Notes under the pieces: generated by a model
The model's input: the letters and a program-made list of their open reading frames with translations, nothing else
Told to the model about the DNA's origin: nothing
Database searches by the model: none
Assembly: GCF_006345805.1 (NCBI RefSeq)
Contig: NC_043003.1
Coordinates: 109,492,001 to 109,556,000, forward strand
DNA length: 64,000 bases
Direction of reading: 5' to 3'
From: Octopus sinensis
Taxonomy: Eukaryota
Shown: positions 11,980-24,516 of the stretch, one piece after another
Layout of the letters: each line of letters starts with the position of its first letter
Numbering within the stretch: position 1 is the first letter of the stretch
Program-made: the position numbers and the translations under genes

Positions 11980-12500
11980 CATCATCATCATTTAACGTCT
12001 GTTTTCCATGCTAGCATGGGTTGGACAGTTCGACTGGGGTCTGGGAAACCAGGAGGCTGCACCAGGTTCCAGTCTGATCTGGCAGTGTTTCTACTCTCTG
12101 TGAGTGTAGTGGGTGCTTTTTATGTGTCACTGGCCTGGATGCCAGTCAAGGTGGCACTGGCATCGGCCACGTTCAGATGGTGCTTTTTATGTGCCACCAG
12201 CACAGGTATCAGAACTACAATTTCCATTTGATTTTTATTTTGATGTTGATGTACTTGACTTAAAAGGTCTCCTCAAGCATAGCAGGTCACCCTACCATCC
12301 AAGTTTAGCACAGCAGGCCGTCCTGCGAGCCATGAACTCACTTCATTTGTCGGGTCTTTGCAGTCACAGCATATCTCCAGAGGTCTCAGTCTTTCATCAT
12401 TGCCTCTGTGAGGCCCAACGTTCGAAGGTCATGCTTGACCACCTCATCCCATGTCTTCCCGGGTCTACCTCTACCTTGGATTCCTTCAACAGTTTGGGAA
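11980..12500 (-). mobile_element. RTE-clade LINE 3' end (ORF C-terminus plus 3' UTR)
   Basis: Minus strand VEGIQGRGRPGKTWDEVVKHDLRTLGLTEAMMKD*DLWRYAV is the typical RTE GRGRP..W C-terminus, followed by the UTR and (ATG)n tail. Confidence 0.8.
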
Positions 12501-12521
12501 TGGCAACCATGATATATATAT

Positions 12522-12716
12522 AGGTGCTGGTGCCACATAAAAAGCACCTAGTGCACTCTGTAAAATGGTTGGTATCAGGAAGGGCATCCAGCAGTGGAAA
12601 CCATGTCAAAACAGACAAGGGGCCCGAACAGCCATTCAGCTGGTTGGCTCCAGTGAAATTGACCAACTCATGTCACCATGGAAAATGAATGTTAAATGAT
12701 GATGATGATGATGATA
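12522..12716 (+). mobile_element. RTE 3' UTR copy, opposite orientation to the neighbouring copy
   Basis: GGTTGGTATCAGGAAGGGCATCCAGC...GTTAAATGATGATG, flanked by (TA)n. Confidence 0.65.
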
Positions 12717-13684
12717 TATATATATATATACATACACACATACATACGATGGGCTTCTTTCAGTTTCCGTCTACCAAATTCACTCACAAGGCTTTAGTCA
12801 GCTTGAGACTATAGTAGAAAGCACTTGCACAAAGTGTCATGCAGTGGGACTGAACCCAGAACCGTGTACTTAGGAAGCAAGCTTCTTACCACACAGCCAT
12901 CATATATAGGGTTGCAATACTCCCAGCTTTTGCAGGGTTAACTACACCAATGACATTCAACACTAATTTTCTATGGATATTTTCTCCATCTGAAACTTTT
13001 GTACCACTTGCAGGACTGTTCACTACTTCTGCTAGAGAAAGCTCTAATTACATTGTATATCTTATTCATGAGAAGCATTACTCTGCGGGATTAAAAGTGC
13101 AGGCAAATAGCAGATGGTTCAAATAACATCAGTAAGCGTCCTGTAAGGAAATTTTGATCCCATGGTAAACAGACAAATTATGAAATATGCAGATATATTC
13201 ATGGCCTAGAAAAGCTTCAGTTAAATGACAAAGAAACTTTACAAACTGTGTATAATTATGAGATTCTGACAAGGACCTGTCCCTCAGTGCTTGACACAGC
13301 AGCAATGACACTGATATTTTTTCCCTCTTCTCTACGAACAGTTCTAATTATGTATTCTTGGATTCTACATTCTGTATAAATTTGGCCAAATAAATCAAGT
13401 AAGTTAAGTTTTAAGTGACATGTGCTCACTTTGAAATTGTTTTTTTCTCATTTTGAAGTGACATGTCCTCACTTAGATTTACAAATATTGTAGGAGAGTT
13501 TTTTTTGTTGTTTTATTCATTCTGTACGGTGAGGCCTGTGGTTTAACAAGAAAATCTATTTGCAAAGTGAGGCTAAAGAGGTGTTGATGAGACGTGCACA
13601 GGTACCTTAAATCTATTTATAACTTATCCTGAGGCATAATGTCTCAATAGAAGAAGCAGCAGCAACAGCAGCCACTGCCGCCAT

Positions 13685-13811
13685 CATTTAATGTCCATTT
13701 TCTATGGTGGTATGGGTTGGACAGCTTATCAGGAATTTGTAAGGCCAGGGGCCACATCAGGTTCTATAGTCTTTTTTCACTTGGCTTCTACAGCTGGATG
13801 CCATTCTAACA

Positions 13812-13859
<48 letters not shown>

Positions 13860-14180
13860 TATACCCTGGTACGTAAAAAACACCATCCGTATGTGGCTGA
13901 TGCCAGTGCCGCCTTGACTGTCTTCCGTGCTGGTGGCACGTAAAAACCACCAACTGATTGTGGCCATTGCCAGCCTCCCCTGGCACCTGTGCTGGTGGCA
14001 CGTAAAAAGCACCCACTACACTCACGGAGTGGTTGGCGTTAGGAAGGGCATCCAGCTGTAGAAAACACTGCCAGATCAGACTGGAGCCTAGTGCAGCCTC
14101 CTGGCTTCCCAGACCCCGGTCGAACCGTCCAACCCATGCTAGCATGGAAAACGGACATTAAACGATGATGATGATGATGA
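13685..14180. mobile_element. Two RTE 3' UTR copies head-to-head across a (TA)n tract
   Basis: Minus copy 13685-13813 (older) and plus copy 13866-14180 (younger); tails face outward. Confidence 0.7.
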
Positions 14181-14730
14181 TATATAGGTATACCTTGGTT
14201 TAGCGTTTTGATTTAAGTCATTCTCGATTATGCGTTGGTTTTCAAAAATAATATATGGCAAAATCAAGTCAAGTCATTTTACTCGACTTCACATCTGTCC
14301 GACACAAATATTGGAACCGTAAAATCACTAGAAAACAGTTAAAAGCACATAAAATCATGTTACTGAACATAAATAAGAATAAAAGAATATAAAATCATAT
14401 TAAAATGCATAGAGCAGATGTTAAGAACACACACCATAAAGTAGCGTAGCTCAATGAACGAAATCATGAAATCAGCTGTGTTGTCTTATTGGTCTTTCAG
14501 AGCTCATATTGCACTGTAGTTCCAATATCTACCATTAGGAGTCGTTGTCACTCGTGATTCCCACAATTGCTTTGAATTCAGATTCGTTTGCATCTGTTTA
14601 TCGGCTCATTTCTCATTCTCAATCACCTGTGTCTTTATTTTTGCCCCCATGGCTCCTAAGAAAATTCATAGTGAAAGTGCTAAGTGTCATGCTATAACAC
14701 TGGAAGATAAACTGGCTGTGATAAGATGCC

Positions 14731-14966
14731 TATTTCTTTACTACCCACAAGGGGCAAAATACAGAGAGGACAAAAAAGGACAGACAAACGGATTAAGTTG
14801 ATTATATCACCCCGGTGCGTAACTGGTACTTAATTTATTGACCCCAAAAGAATGAAAGGCAAAGTCAACCTTGACAGAACTTGAACTCAGAACGTAGCAG
14901 CAGACGAAATACCGCTAAGCATTTTGCTCGGCGTGCTAACGTTTCTGCCAACTCGCCACCTTATAA
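14731..14966 (-). mobile_element. SINE family B inserted in the Tigger HTH region
   Basis: 18-bp TSD TGGCTGTGATAA(G/A)ATGCC at 14713-14730 and 14967-14984. Confidence 0.9.
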
Positions 14967-16152
14967 TGGCTGTGATAAAATGCCATGAAAAAGGTGAAAA
15001 AGTGGTAGCAGTTGTATGATCTTTTGGGATGAGCCAGACAACTGTATCAACGATTGTACATAATAAGGACAAGATTTTAGCACATACCAAATCTGAAGCC
15101 CCAGGGATGAAGAGCACTGTCATCAATAAGAAAAGAGGTAGAATCTTTGAAGAAATGGAAAGTCTTCTTTCTCTTTAGATAGTTAGATTGAATCATTAAC
15201 ATCCTACTATTAGCCAAGAAATCATTCAAGAGAAAGCCTTGTATTTTGTTTGAGGACCTGAAGAAAAAATATCCAGATGAGAAAGATGTAGAGTTCAAGG
15301 CAAGTCAAGAATGGTTCATGAGATTTAAGGAGTGAAGAAATTATCACTCCATTAAGAAGCCAGGTGAAAGTGCATCAGCTGACGAACAAGCAGCAGCGGA
15401 ATTTCCCAATGTATTTAAGATAATCAGAGAAGAAAACGGGTTTCGTCTTGAGTAGATTTTTAATGTAGACGAAACAGGATTGTAGTGGGGAAAACTGCCA
15501 GGCCATTCATTCATTTCCAAGGAGAAAATGTGTGACTATTGTGTTGGGAGGTAATTGTGCAGGAGATTTCAAGTTAAAACCATTGCTTGAGTATCATGCA
15601 CACAACACCCGTGCCCTGTGGAACACACCCAAGGCATCTCTCCTTCTTATATGGATGGCTAATTCAAAAGCATGGGTTATTGTTGTTGCTTTTGAAGATT
15701 GGTTCCTCAATCATTTTATCCCAGCAGCAGAGAATTACTGTAAGGAGAAAAGGATTCCTTTTAAGGTTTTACTTTCCTTAGATAATACTCCTGACTACCT
15801 GCAAAACATTGTAGATTTTGACCCCAACATTACCGTCATATACTTCCCTCCGAACACCACGTCTCTTCTGCAGCCAATAGATCGGGGAATAACTGTTATC
15901 TTCAAGCATCACTGTCTATCACACTTTGAGACTTTTGGAAGAGATATGATACCTACAAGGCTGTACAGAACATAGAAGCAGCATGGAATGGCTATGATCT
16001 GTGTATGGAAGAAGCTATGCCCACAATTCACAAATGGTTTTAAGGGGTTTGATAATGTTGCCATCAACAAAATGTTGGTGACTACAAGCAAAGAACTGGA
16101 AATGGATTTGGAGGAGGATTTTACAGATTTATTTGAAAAAGATAAGCAGATA

Positions 16153-16548
16153 GGCATTGGAGTGGCTGTGTGGTAAGTAGCTTGCTTATGAACCACATGG
16201 TTCTGGGTTCAGTCCCACTGCATGGCACCTTGGGCAAGTGTCTTCTACTATAGCCTCAGGCCGACCAAAGCCTTGTGAGTGGATTTGGTAGACAGAAACT
16301 GAAAGAAGCCTGTCGTATATATGTATATATATATATGTGTGTGTATGTATGTGTGCGTATATGTTTGTGTGTCTGTGTTTGTCGCCCCAACATCGCTTGA
16401 CAACTGATGCTGGTGTGTTCGGCAAAAGAGACCAATAGAATAAGTACTAGGCTTACAAAGAATAAGTCCTGGGGACGATTTGCTTGACTAACGGTGGTGC
16501 TCCAGCATGGCCACAGTCAAATGACTGAAACAAATAAAAGAGTAAAGA
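16153..16548 (+). mobile_element. SINE family A inserted in the Tigger ORF
   Basis: Full copy; the Tigger reading frame (LEEDFTDLFEK...EALMNEDLTELHEQQ) resumes after it. Confidence 0.85.
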
Positions 16549-17589
16549 GGAGGCCCTGATGAATGAGGATTTGACAGAGCTTCACGAGCAGCAAAATAAA
16601 GAAGAAGAGGAAGTTAAACCTGAGCCACATCACAAGTGCATTGAACAACAAGAACAGCCAGAGTCAGCTGTTGATGTTGATGATCCACAGCCATCTACAT
16701 TCATGATGTAAACCACCAAATTGTAGGTATGTATTAGTAAATTTAAAATAATTTAGTTTTTTTTTTATTTGCCAAATAATAATAATTCCTGAATTTGTTA
16801 AGCTTTAAAAAGGCTTTTATTTTACCATTTCTTATTGCAAACGCATTCATAAATAAAGCATCGACAACATATGGTAAACACCGCCAATTGTATTCATAAA
16901 TTTAGATTACTTTTTTTTTACTGTACTGTATTAAAAAATAAAAATCATTTGTTTGTAAGCTTAAAATAGGTTTTTATTTAGTATGTATTATTGAAAATGC
17001 ATTCATAAATAAAGTACAGAAATGGGAAAGGTTATTATCGGTTTAGCTTAGAGACAAATAAATTTGGCCTCGCCTAGAGAAAGTTAATTCGACTTAAGTC
17101 ATGTCTCCTGGAACTAATTAACGTTGTAGGGTAAGGTTTGCCTGTATATGCACCTGCCAAACCATCCAACCCATGCCACCATGGTAAATGGGCATTACAT
17201 GATATTGATGGTAATACATACATACACAAATATACGTATGTGTACACACACACACACACATGTATGTACATGTTCTTTGGGATTTATTCTAAGTTTTTTT
17301 CATTTGTAGAATTTAAGCTGGTCACTAACAAAGTAGTAAACCACTTCAGTTTGAAGTCAAGACAGCTCTCGGGATTTGTATGCATGTTGTGTACATGTGG
17401 ATAAAGTTGGCATTGTGGGTGTGTCACAACAGAACACGAGTATGTATGTTTCATTACTGTTCGTGTGTGTGCATGCATTATGTATATGTGTGCTATATGT
17501 ATGTCTTCACCTATGAACCTCAAATGGAGAATCCCTGGAATGCTTTTTACATATGTGCATATATGCGTGCATGCAGGCACACGTGTGCA

Positions 17590-17840
17590 TGTTCCTTCTC
17601 GAGCCATGCCAGGCTCATAAGGACCGGTTTCCCGGTTTCAGTGGCGTAGAAATTCCCCACCTGGACAGGACGCCAGTCCGTCGCAGGATTACTCATTTTT
17701 CCCAGCCGAGTGGACTGGAGCAACGTGAAAATGAAGTGTTTTGCTCAAGAAAACAACGCATCACCCAGTCCAGGAATCGAAACCACAACCTTACGATCAT
17801 GATGCTGACACCCTAACCACTAAGCCACGTGCCTTCACAG
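17590..17840 (-). mobile_element. SINE family D, tail 1, young copy
   Basis: Reverse complement of GTGAAGGCACGTGGCTTAGTGGTTAGGGTG...GTTTCGATTCC...GAAACCGGGAAACCGGTCC. Confidence 0.8.
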
Positions 17841-18366
17841 GTGTGTATTTGCAAATTAGTGCTTGTGCATGAGAAAAAGGCCTGCAAAACATGTATGATG
17901 TTGCACAGAGTTTACAGTTGGCTATATTGAATGCTGAAAGCTAATCATATAAGAAAATACAGAAAACAAACAATAAACAGCTATTTTGACAACATTCACA
18001 GAAATCCACAACCACAGAGCTTGTAATAATAATTACATAATAACAGTTCCATCTGATGTGTTATCAAAATATATAGTGGTGCGAAAAAAGTATACAAAAA
18101 TAAATAGAAATCTGTGACGGAAAGGTTTACATGAGTAAATAATGTCACGAAATCTGCTAATCTGTGTTCAGTGAGGTGGAAAGCAATAAAATGGTTAAAT
18201 GATTAATGTTAGTTTAAATAATCAGACAAAACAGCAATCGACCAATCAAAACATATTTGACATTCTGATACAATACAGATCTGAAAGGCACATAAAGTTC
18301 CAGTGGAAAAATCAGGTTATATGAGGTCATACGTATATAAAATCATAATATCTGTGTGTCTCTCTG

Positions 18367-18401
<35 letters not shown>

Positions 18402-18413
18402 GCACACACACAC

Positions 18414-19658
18414 ACACACATGACAGAAATAGACACCCATAAAACATCGTTTTATGTCTATTCTAACTTGTAATAGTTTGTATTTTTTATTAATTGACAT
18501 TTTTGTTTCAGGTTCTCTATGTGACTGTTTAATCATGCCACGTACAAAAGACGCCTTGGAATTGTCTGAATTTCAAAGAGGCCGTATTGTGGGTCAATCT
18601 GAACGTGAATATAGTCAGCGTAAAATCGCAGAAAACCTTGGGATCCTGCTTTCTACAGTTAATAGAGTGATTGTGCAATTCACCAGGGAGGGGAAGGAGT
18701 CTACATCACCTTGCCCAGATCAACCAGGGCCCTATGACAAGACCCTTCTCTTTGTTAAGAGAAGTGTGGAGGATAATCCTCGTTGCAAGGCCCCTAACAT
18801 AGCAGAACAAGTTAATGTCAGTCCCACCACAACTGTGAGGTATCTCCACAAAATTGGTTACTATGGCAGAGCAGCAAGAAGGAAGTCACTTTTTGACCAG
18901 CCAACATCAAGCAGAGAAAAGGTAGGGCTAGTGAGATATTGGATAGGCCGCTAGCATTTTGGGACACTGTCATATTCTCTGATGAGATCAGATTTGCTGT
19001 ATTTCCTGACAGTGGTTGAGAGTGGGTCTGGAGACTGTGATCAAGAATTTGATGTGAAAAGACTGCAGTCAACAATGAAACATGGTAGCTATTCTGTGAT
19101 GGTCTGGGGAGTAATTTGGAGCCATGATTGATCAGTACTGGTGGAGTGTGAGGGAAACATAAACTTATATAACTACATGTCCATATTGCAGAAAGGACTC
19201 CTTCCAATCTTCTCCAGGGGTGAAATGATTAAAGAAGACTTTATTTATGGAAGATGGGGCTCCTTGTCACGTGGCTAAAATGACCAAAGATTTGTTGGAT
19301 GAGAATGGCATTAAAAAGCTTCCCTAGCCAAGCCAGTCACCAGGTATGAACCCTATTGAACACCTCAGGGACATAATGGACAAGATACTTCATAAAAAGA
19401 ACAAGAAAGTATCTTCAAAGCCAGATCTTCTGAGATCACTACATGAAACTTGGTGAGAAATTCCTCAAGAAAATATGTGCCATCTGATTAGTAATATGCC
19501 TAATAGAGTCCTTGCATTTAAAAATGCAAAGGGCATGTCTACTAAATATTAAATATCCACATTATAACAATTATTAAATAATTAGAACGAACAATTTCAA
19601 ATTTAAATAAATTTTAATGATTATAAAGGTGTCTATCTACTTCTGTCATGTGTGTGTA
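18414..19658 (+). mobile_element. Decayed Tc1-like (DD34E-type) transposon
   Basis: TIRs CACACATGACAGAA(GTAG)ATAGACACC at both ends. [20 protein letters not shown] paired-like HTH; catalytic remnants FSDEIRF, EDGAPCH and PSQSPGMNPIEHL. Stops and frameshifts. Confidence 0.88.
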
Positions 19659-19669
19659 TCACCATCATC

Positions 19670-20445
19670 ATCATCATCATCATCGTTTAATGTCTGCTTT
19701 CCATGCTAGCATGGGTTGGACGAATGACTGAGGGCTGGCGAACCAGATGGCTGCACCAGGCTTCAATCTTGATCTGGCAGAGTTTCGACAGCTGGATGCC
19801 CTTCCTAATGCCAACCACTCTGAGAGTGTGCTTTTACGTGCCAGTAAGGCGGTACTGGCAACGACCTCGCTTGAATCTTTTACACATGCTACTGGTACAG
19901 GTGCCAGTATGCTGGTAATGATCACGCTCAAATGGTGTCTTTTATGTGCCACCGGCATGAAGGTCAGATAGCTGCTCTAGCAATGATCACGGTCAGATGG
20001 TGCTCTTAATACCCTACTAGCACAGGACTCGAGTGCCAGTAAGGCGATGCTGGTAATGATCACGCTTGAATGGTGCCTTTTAAGTGCCACTGGCACTGAA
20101 GCTGGTTAGCTGCTCTGTCATTGATCACACTCGTATGGTACTCTTTGCACCCTGCTAGCACGGGTGCCAGTCATCGAATTTGATTTTGATTTCACTTGCC
20201 TCAACAGGTCTTCGCAAGCAGAGTTTTAGTATCCAGAGAAGGAAAAGGTACGCATATATATATATGGCACGTAAAAAAAACCCACTACACTCGCGGAGTG
20301 GTTGGCGTTAGGAAGGGCATCCAGCCGTAGAAACACTGCCAAATCTGACTGGGCCTGATGAAGCCTTCCGGCTTCACAGACCACAGTTAAACCGTCCAAC
20401 CCATGCTAGCATGGAAAGCAGACGCTAAATGATGATGATGATGAT
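19670..20445. mobile_element. RTE 3' UTR copies head-to-head (minus 19670-20245, plus 20258-20445)
   Basis: (ATC)n tail on the left, (GAT)n tail on the right, short (TA)n at the junction. Confidence 0.7.
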
Positions 20446-20446
20446 A

Positions 20447-20979
20447 TATATATATATATATATATACATATACATATGTATCAGGTCAGATGAATGCAAG
20501 ACATGCAATATATGTATGAAATAGATTCATGCTTAAGATAAATAATATTTATTAGTGACAGAGGCAGCATTAATACCAAGAGGTAATATTTATCCCCACT
20601 TAAATGTGGGCGTTCTGTCGGAACAAACTATACTGTGGTAGATACCCTGAGAGAACCCCTCATATTGGCTTTTGGTGCAAAATACACTCTTGTTTAGATC
20701 GCTAGTGGGGAAATAAATCCTTGCCACCTCCAGCACTAAGACCACCAGATCATGTGATTTCAACCTTGATCTTGTCAATGAGGGATGTTAAAGTGCTAGA
20801 GGTAGCAGCAACTCATCTTCCTGCCAGCAATATATAGACTAACAGTGCTAGGACAGGTGCTGCTGTTGTTATTAGCCAAAAAATGAAGAATTATAATTGT
20901 TATTCTGCTTGTTTCTACATGTCTGGCTGTTTTCTACATTAAAGGAGGTAATAACTCAAATGGAGAAAGTTTTATATAT

Positions 20980-21016
<37 letters not shown>

Positions 21017-21540
21017 CATATGTATCAGGTCAGATGAATGCAAGACATGCAATATATGTATGAAATAGATTCATGCTTAAGATAAATAATATTTATTAGT
21101 GACAGAGGCAGCATTAATACCAAGAGGTAATATTTATCCCCACTTAAATGTGGGCGTTCTGTCGGAACAAACTATACTGTGGTAGATACCCTGAGAGAAC
21201 CCCTCATATTGGCTTTTGGTGCAAAATACACTCTTGTTTAGATCGCTAGCGGGGAAATAAATCCTTGCCACCTCCAGCACTAAGACCACCAGATCATGTG
21301 ATTTCAACCTTGATCTTGTCAATGAGGGATGTTAAAGTGCTAGAGGTAGCAGCAACTCATCTTCCTGCCAGCAATATATAGACTAACAGTGCTAGGACAG
21401 GTGCTGCTGTTGTTATTAGCCAAAAAATGAAGAATTATAATTGTTATTCTGCTTGTTTCTACATGTCTGGCTGTTTTCTACATTAAAGGAGGTAATAACT
21501 CAAATGGAGAAAGTTTTATATATACACATATATATATATA
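20447..21540. repeat. Near-perfect 544-bp tandem duplication
   Basis: ORFs 20590 and 21134 are offset by exactly 544. Differences seen: GCTAGTGGGG vs GCTAGCGGGG and one T in AAGTTT(T)ATA. Units are bounded by (TA)n. Confidence 0.95.
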
Positions 21541-21547
21541 TATATAT

Positions 21548-21875
21548 GATATGGCTCAGTGGTTAGAGCATCGAGCTTACGATCGTGAGGTTGTGAGTTC
21601 GATTCCCGGACTGGTCTGCATGTTGTGTTCTTGAGCAAGACACTTTATTTCATGTTGCTCCAGTTCACTCAGCTGTAGAAATGAGTTGCAATGTCACAGG
21701 TGCCAAACTGTATCGGCCTTTGTCTTTCCCTTGGATAACATCAGTGGTGTGGAGAAGGGAGGCCGGTATGCATGGGCGACTGCTGGCCTTCCATAAACAA
21801 CCTTGCTCGGACTTGTGCCTTGGAGGGTAACTTTCTAGGTGCAACCCCATGGTCATTCATGACCAAAGGGAGTCT
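21548..21875 (+). mobile_element. SINE family D head with tail 2
   Basis: GGCTCAGTGGTTAGAGC...GTTCGATTCC head and TTGCTCCAGTTCACTCAGCTG core, then a tail unlike the other D copies. Confidence 0.7.
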
Positions 21876-22717
21876 CCTCCTCCTCCTCCACAAAAAAACA
21901 TATTTAATGTCCATTGTCTATGTTGGCATGGGTTGGATGGTTTGACCAGGGCTGGTAAGCTGAAGGGCTGCACCAGACTCCAGTCTGATTTGGTATGGTT
22001 TCTACACTCTGAGAATGTAACGGGTAGTTTTGCATGCTGTGGCATGGGTGCTAGTTACACGACACTGGCATTGGCCACATTGCCTCCGTGAGGCCCATGG
22101 CTCAAAAGGTGCTTTTTACATGCCACCAGATATGTGACACCAACAATGTCCACAACAATGATTGCACTTGGTTTGATGGTTCTTCTCAAGCATGATGGTT
22201 AGCAAATAGCTGTGGATGTTACACTTTGATCTTTAACTTGTTCAAGACCAGAAGCTGTGGCTATGCAGGGATGCCACCATTATTAATTCTTTATTTATTT
22301 CCTTTTGTTATTAAGTTTAAATGCTTATCAGTATTATGAGAGGAGACAGATTCATAGATCAGCAGACAGGAAAGGAAGGAAGGAGGGAGGGACAAAAGGA
22401 AGGAAGGAAGGATTGCTGGATAGATAGATATGTAGGTTGGGTCTACAGCCATATCAACAGATAAAGAGATATATCGATAGATATACAAATAGATAGGTAG
22501 CTGAAATGAAAAGAAATGAAAATAATCTCAATTGGTAAATAACTTGGACTCAGCCTTGGTCATGGTGGAACAGCAAAACATGAAGCTTTTTTATTTTTTC
22601 AATCTATGAATAAGTTTTATCATTTTAATTCATCTTTTATTTCCTTGAATTGTAGAGGACATCATATCTGTCAAACATATTAAACTTTGTAAGTTCATTT
22701 TGACTATATTTAAAAGT

Positions 22718-23118
22718 AAGGCGGCGAGCTGGCAGAAATGTTAGCATACCGGGCGAAATGCTTAGCGGTATTTCGTCTGCCATTACGTTGTGAGTTCAAA
22801 TTCTACCGAGGTCGACTTTATTTTTCATCCTTTCAGGGTTGATAAATTAAGTACCAGTTACGCACTGGGGTCGATGTAATTGACTTAATCCTTTGTCTGT
22901 CCTTGTTTGTCCACTCTATGTTAGCCCCTTGTGGGTAGTAAAGAAATAGGTATTTTGTCTGTCTTTATTTTCTCAGTTCAAATTCCACCAAGGTTGATTT
23001 TGCCTTTCATCCTTTTGGGGTTGATAAATTAAGTACCAGCTGTGTACTGGGGGTTAATCTAATTGACTGGTCCCCTCTCCCAAAATTATGGGCCATGTGC
23101 CTTGAGTAGAAAAGATTA
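22718..23118 (+). mobile_element. SINE family B dimer (tail 1 copy fused to a truncated tail 2 copy)
   Basis: First copy ends AAAGAAATAGGTATTT and continues into the internal GGTATTTTGTCTG of a second copy. Confidence 0.75.
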
Positions 23119-23279
23119 TATTTAAAAGTACAGTTTTAATTAAAAGGCAGGATTTCAAAAATGTTTTGTAAATTCTTGCTTAATTTTAGTATATTAGCAT
23201 ATTTTCAAATATGCTGACTTATACTGTGGAATTTCCATAGGTCCTGCTAGTTTATATTGAATATCTCAGAGGACTGTTC

Positions 23280-23315
<36 letters not shown>

Positions 23316-23317
23316 CT

Positions 23318-23352
23318 GTTTCTGAAGAAGGGCTTTGCTCGAAATGTAAAAC
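23318..23352 (+). ncRNA. Minimal hammerhead-ribozyme-like motif in a Penelope-like tail
   Basis: GTTT-CTGAAGA-A-GGGC ttt GCTC-GAAAT-GTA-AAAC: stem I GTTT/AAAC, core CUGANGA, stem II, GAAA, GUA triplet. Confidence 0.5.
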
Positions 23353-23438
23353 GCCCTTTCTTTCCTTCCCTGAGCTTCTTAGAAATACTTTACATGTACC
23401 ACATCCTCGCATTGTTGTTTTTTATTTCTGCTTAATTG

Positions 23439-23476
<38 letters not shown>

Positions 23477-23877
23477 CATCAAAGTCTACAGCATTATATG
23501 TCTATTAAGGCTGATCTTACAAATCAGTTTTGCATTAGGGGTTCAAGAGTGTTAGGTAACACCCCGAATATGTAATCCTGTGCCCTTCAGAGATGGCAGC
23601 TTTAGAATGCAATGTGGAAACTGCTCTCTGTTATCAATTGCGCATACATAATGTGTGTATTTTGTTTATATGCCCATTTGCTGCAGGATAGTGTCTATGG
23701 CAATCTCCCTACATGATGCTGGGTGTTAAAGAACACCAAGTGTCCCAGACGAGGCAAGACACTCATCTCAAATGACTAAGAATGGGAGATATCGATATTT
23801 CCCCATGTACTCAGAATAGCTCGAAATGAAGTGACTTTTGAATGCAAATAGAGTGAAATCTATTGGCTGATATACAC

Positions 23878-24256
23878 ATACTCTTTTACTTGTTTCAGTC
23901 ATGTGACTGTGGCCATGCTGGAGCACCACCTTTAGTTGAGCAAATCGAAGTACTTATTCTATCGGTCTCTTTTTGCCGAACCGCTAAGTGACGGGGATGT
24001 AAACACATCAGCATCGGTTGTCAAGCGATGGTGGGGGGACAAACACAGACACACAAACATATACACACACATATATATATATATACATATACGACAGGCT
24101 TCTTTCAGTTTCCGTCTACCAAATCCACTCACAAGGCATTAGTCGGCCCGAGGCTATAGCAGAAGACACTTGCCCAAGATGCCACGCAGTGGGACTGAAC
24201 CCGGAACCATGTGGTTGGTAAGCAAGCTACTTACCACACAGCCACTCCTGCGCCTA
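23878..24256 (-). mobile_element. SINE family A, young full-length copy
   Basis: Close to consensus, CpGs retained. Confidence 0.9.
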
Positions 24257-24516
24257 TGTGAAAGAAAATTAAATTACCAAAGTCATCTACTAAATATGCT
24301 ACTTTAGAAGAAGACATTTGCTTAAAGTGCCACTGCATGGCATCTTGGAGCATATGTGGTGCCAAATCTGAAAGCAGGTGACTGGAAAGAGAACTTCGTC
24401 ATCACACACAGCCATGCCTGTCAGCTTAAATCATAAAATAAACCTGGAGAAGACAGCAGAGAAATTTACTCATCTCTTACAACTATTGTACTACGTCTAT
24501 ACATATATATAAACAC

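Larger units (their letters stand above)
11723..12902 (-). mobile_element. SINE family A split by nested RTE insertions
   Basis: 3' half at 11723-11975 and 5' half at 12720-12902; the break falls in the SINE internal microsatellite. Confidence 0.7.
14183..17146 (+). mobile_element. Decayed Tigger/pogo DNA transposon with two SINE insertions
   Basis: Ends TA-TAGGTATACCTTGG and AAGGTTTGCCTG-TA resemble the Tigger CAGGCATACC terminus. ATG at 14649 begins MAPKK...ITLEDKLAVIK (psq/CENP-B HTH). DDE_1 region GGNCAGDFKLKPLL...NSKAWV...FKVLLSLDNTP at 15532-15975. Confidence 0.85.

Noticed and set aside
12920-13060. Short stop-free minus-strand frame (LSLAEVVNSPASGTKVSDGENIHRKLVLNVIG)
   Set aside because: No start, no good splice pair, and no similarity to DNMT2 or anything I recognise.
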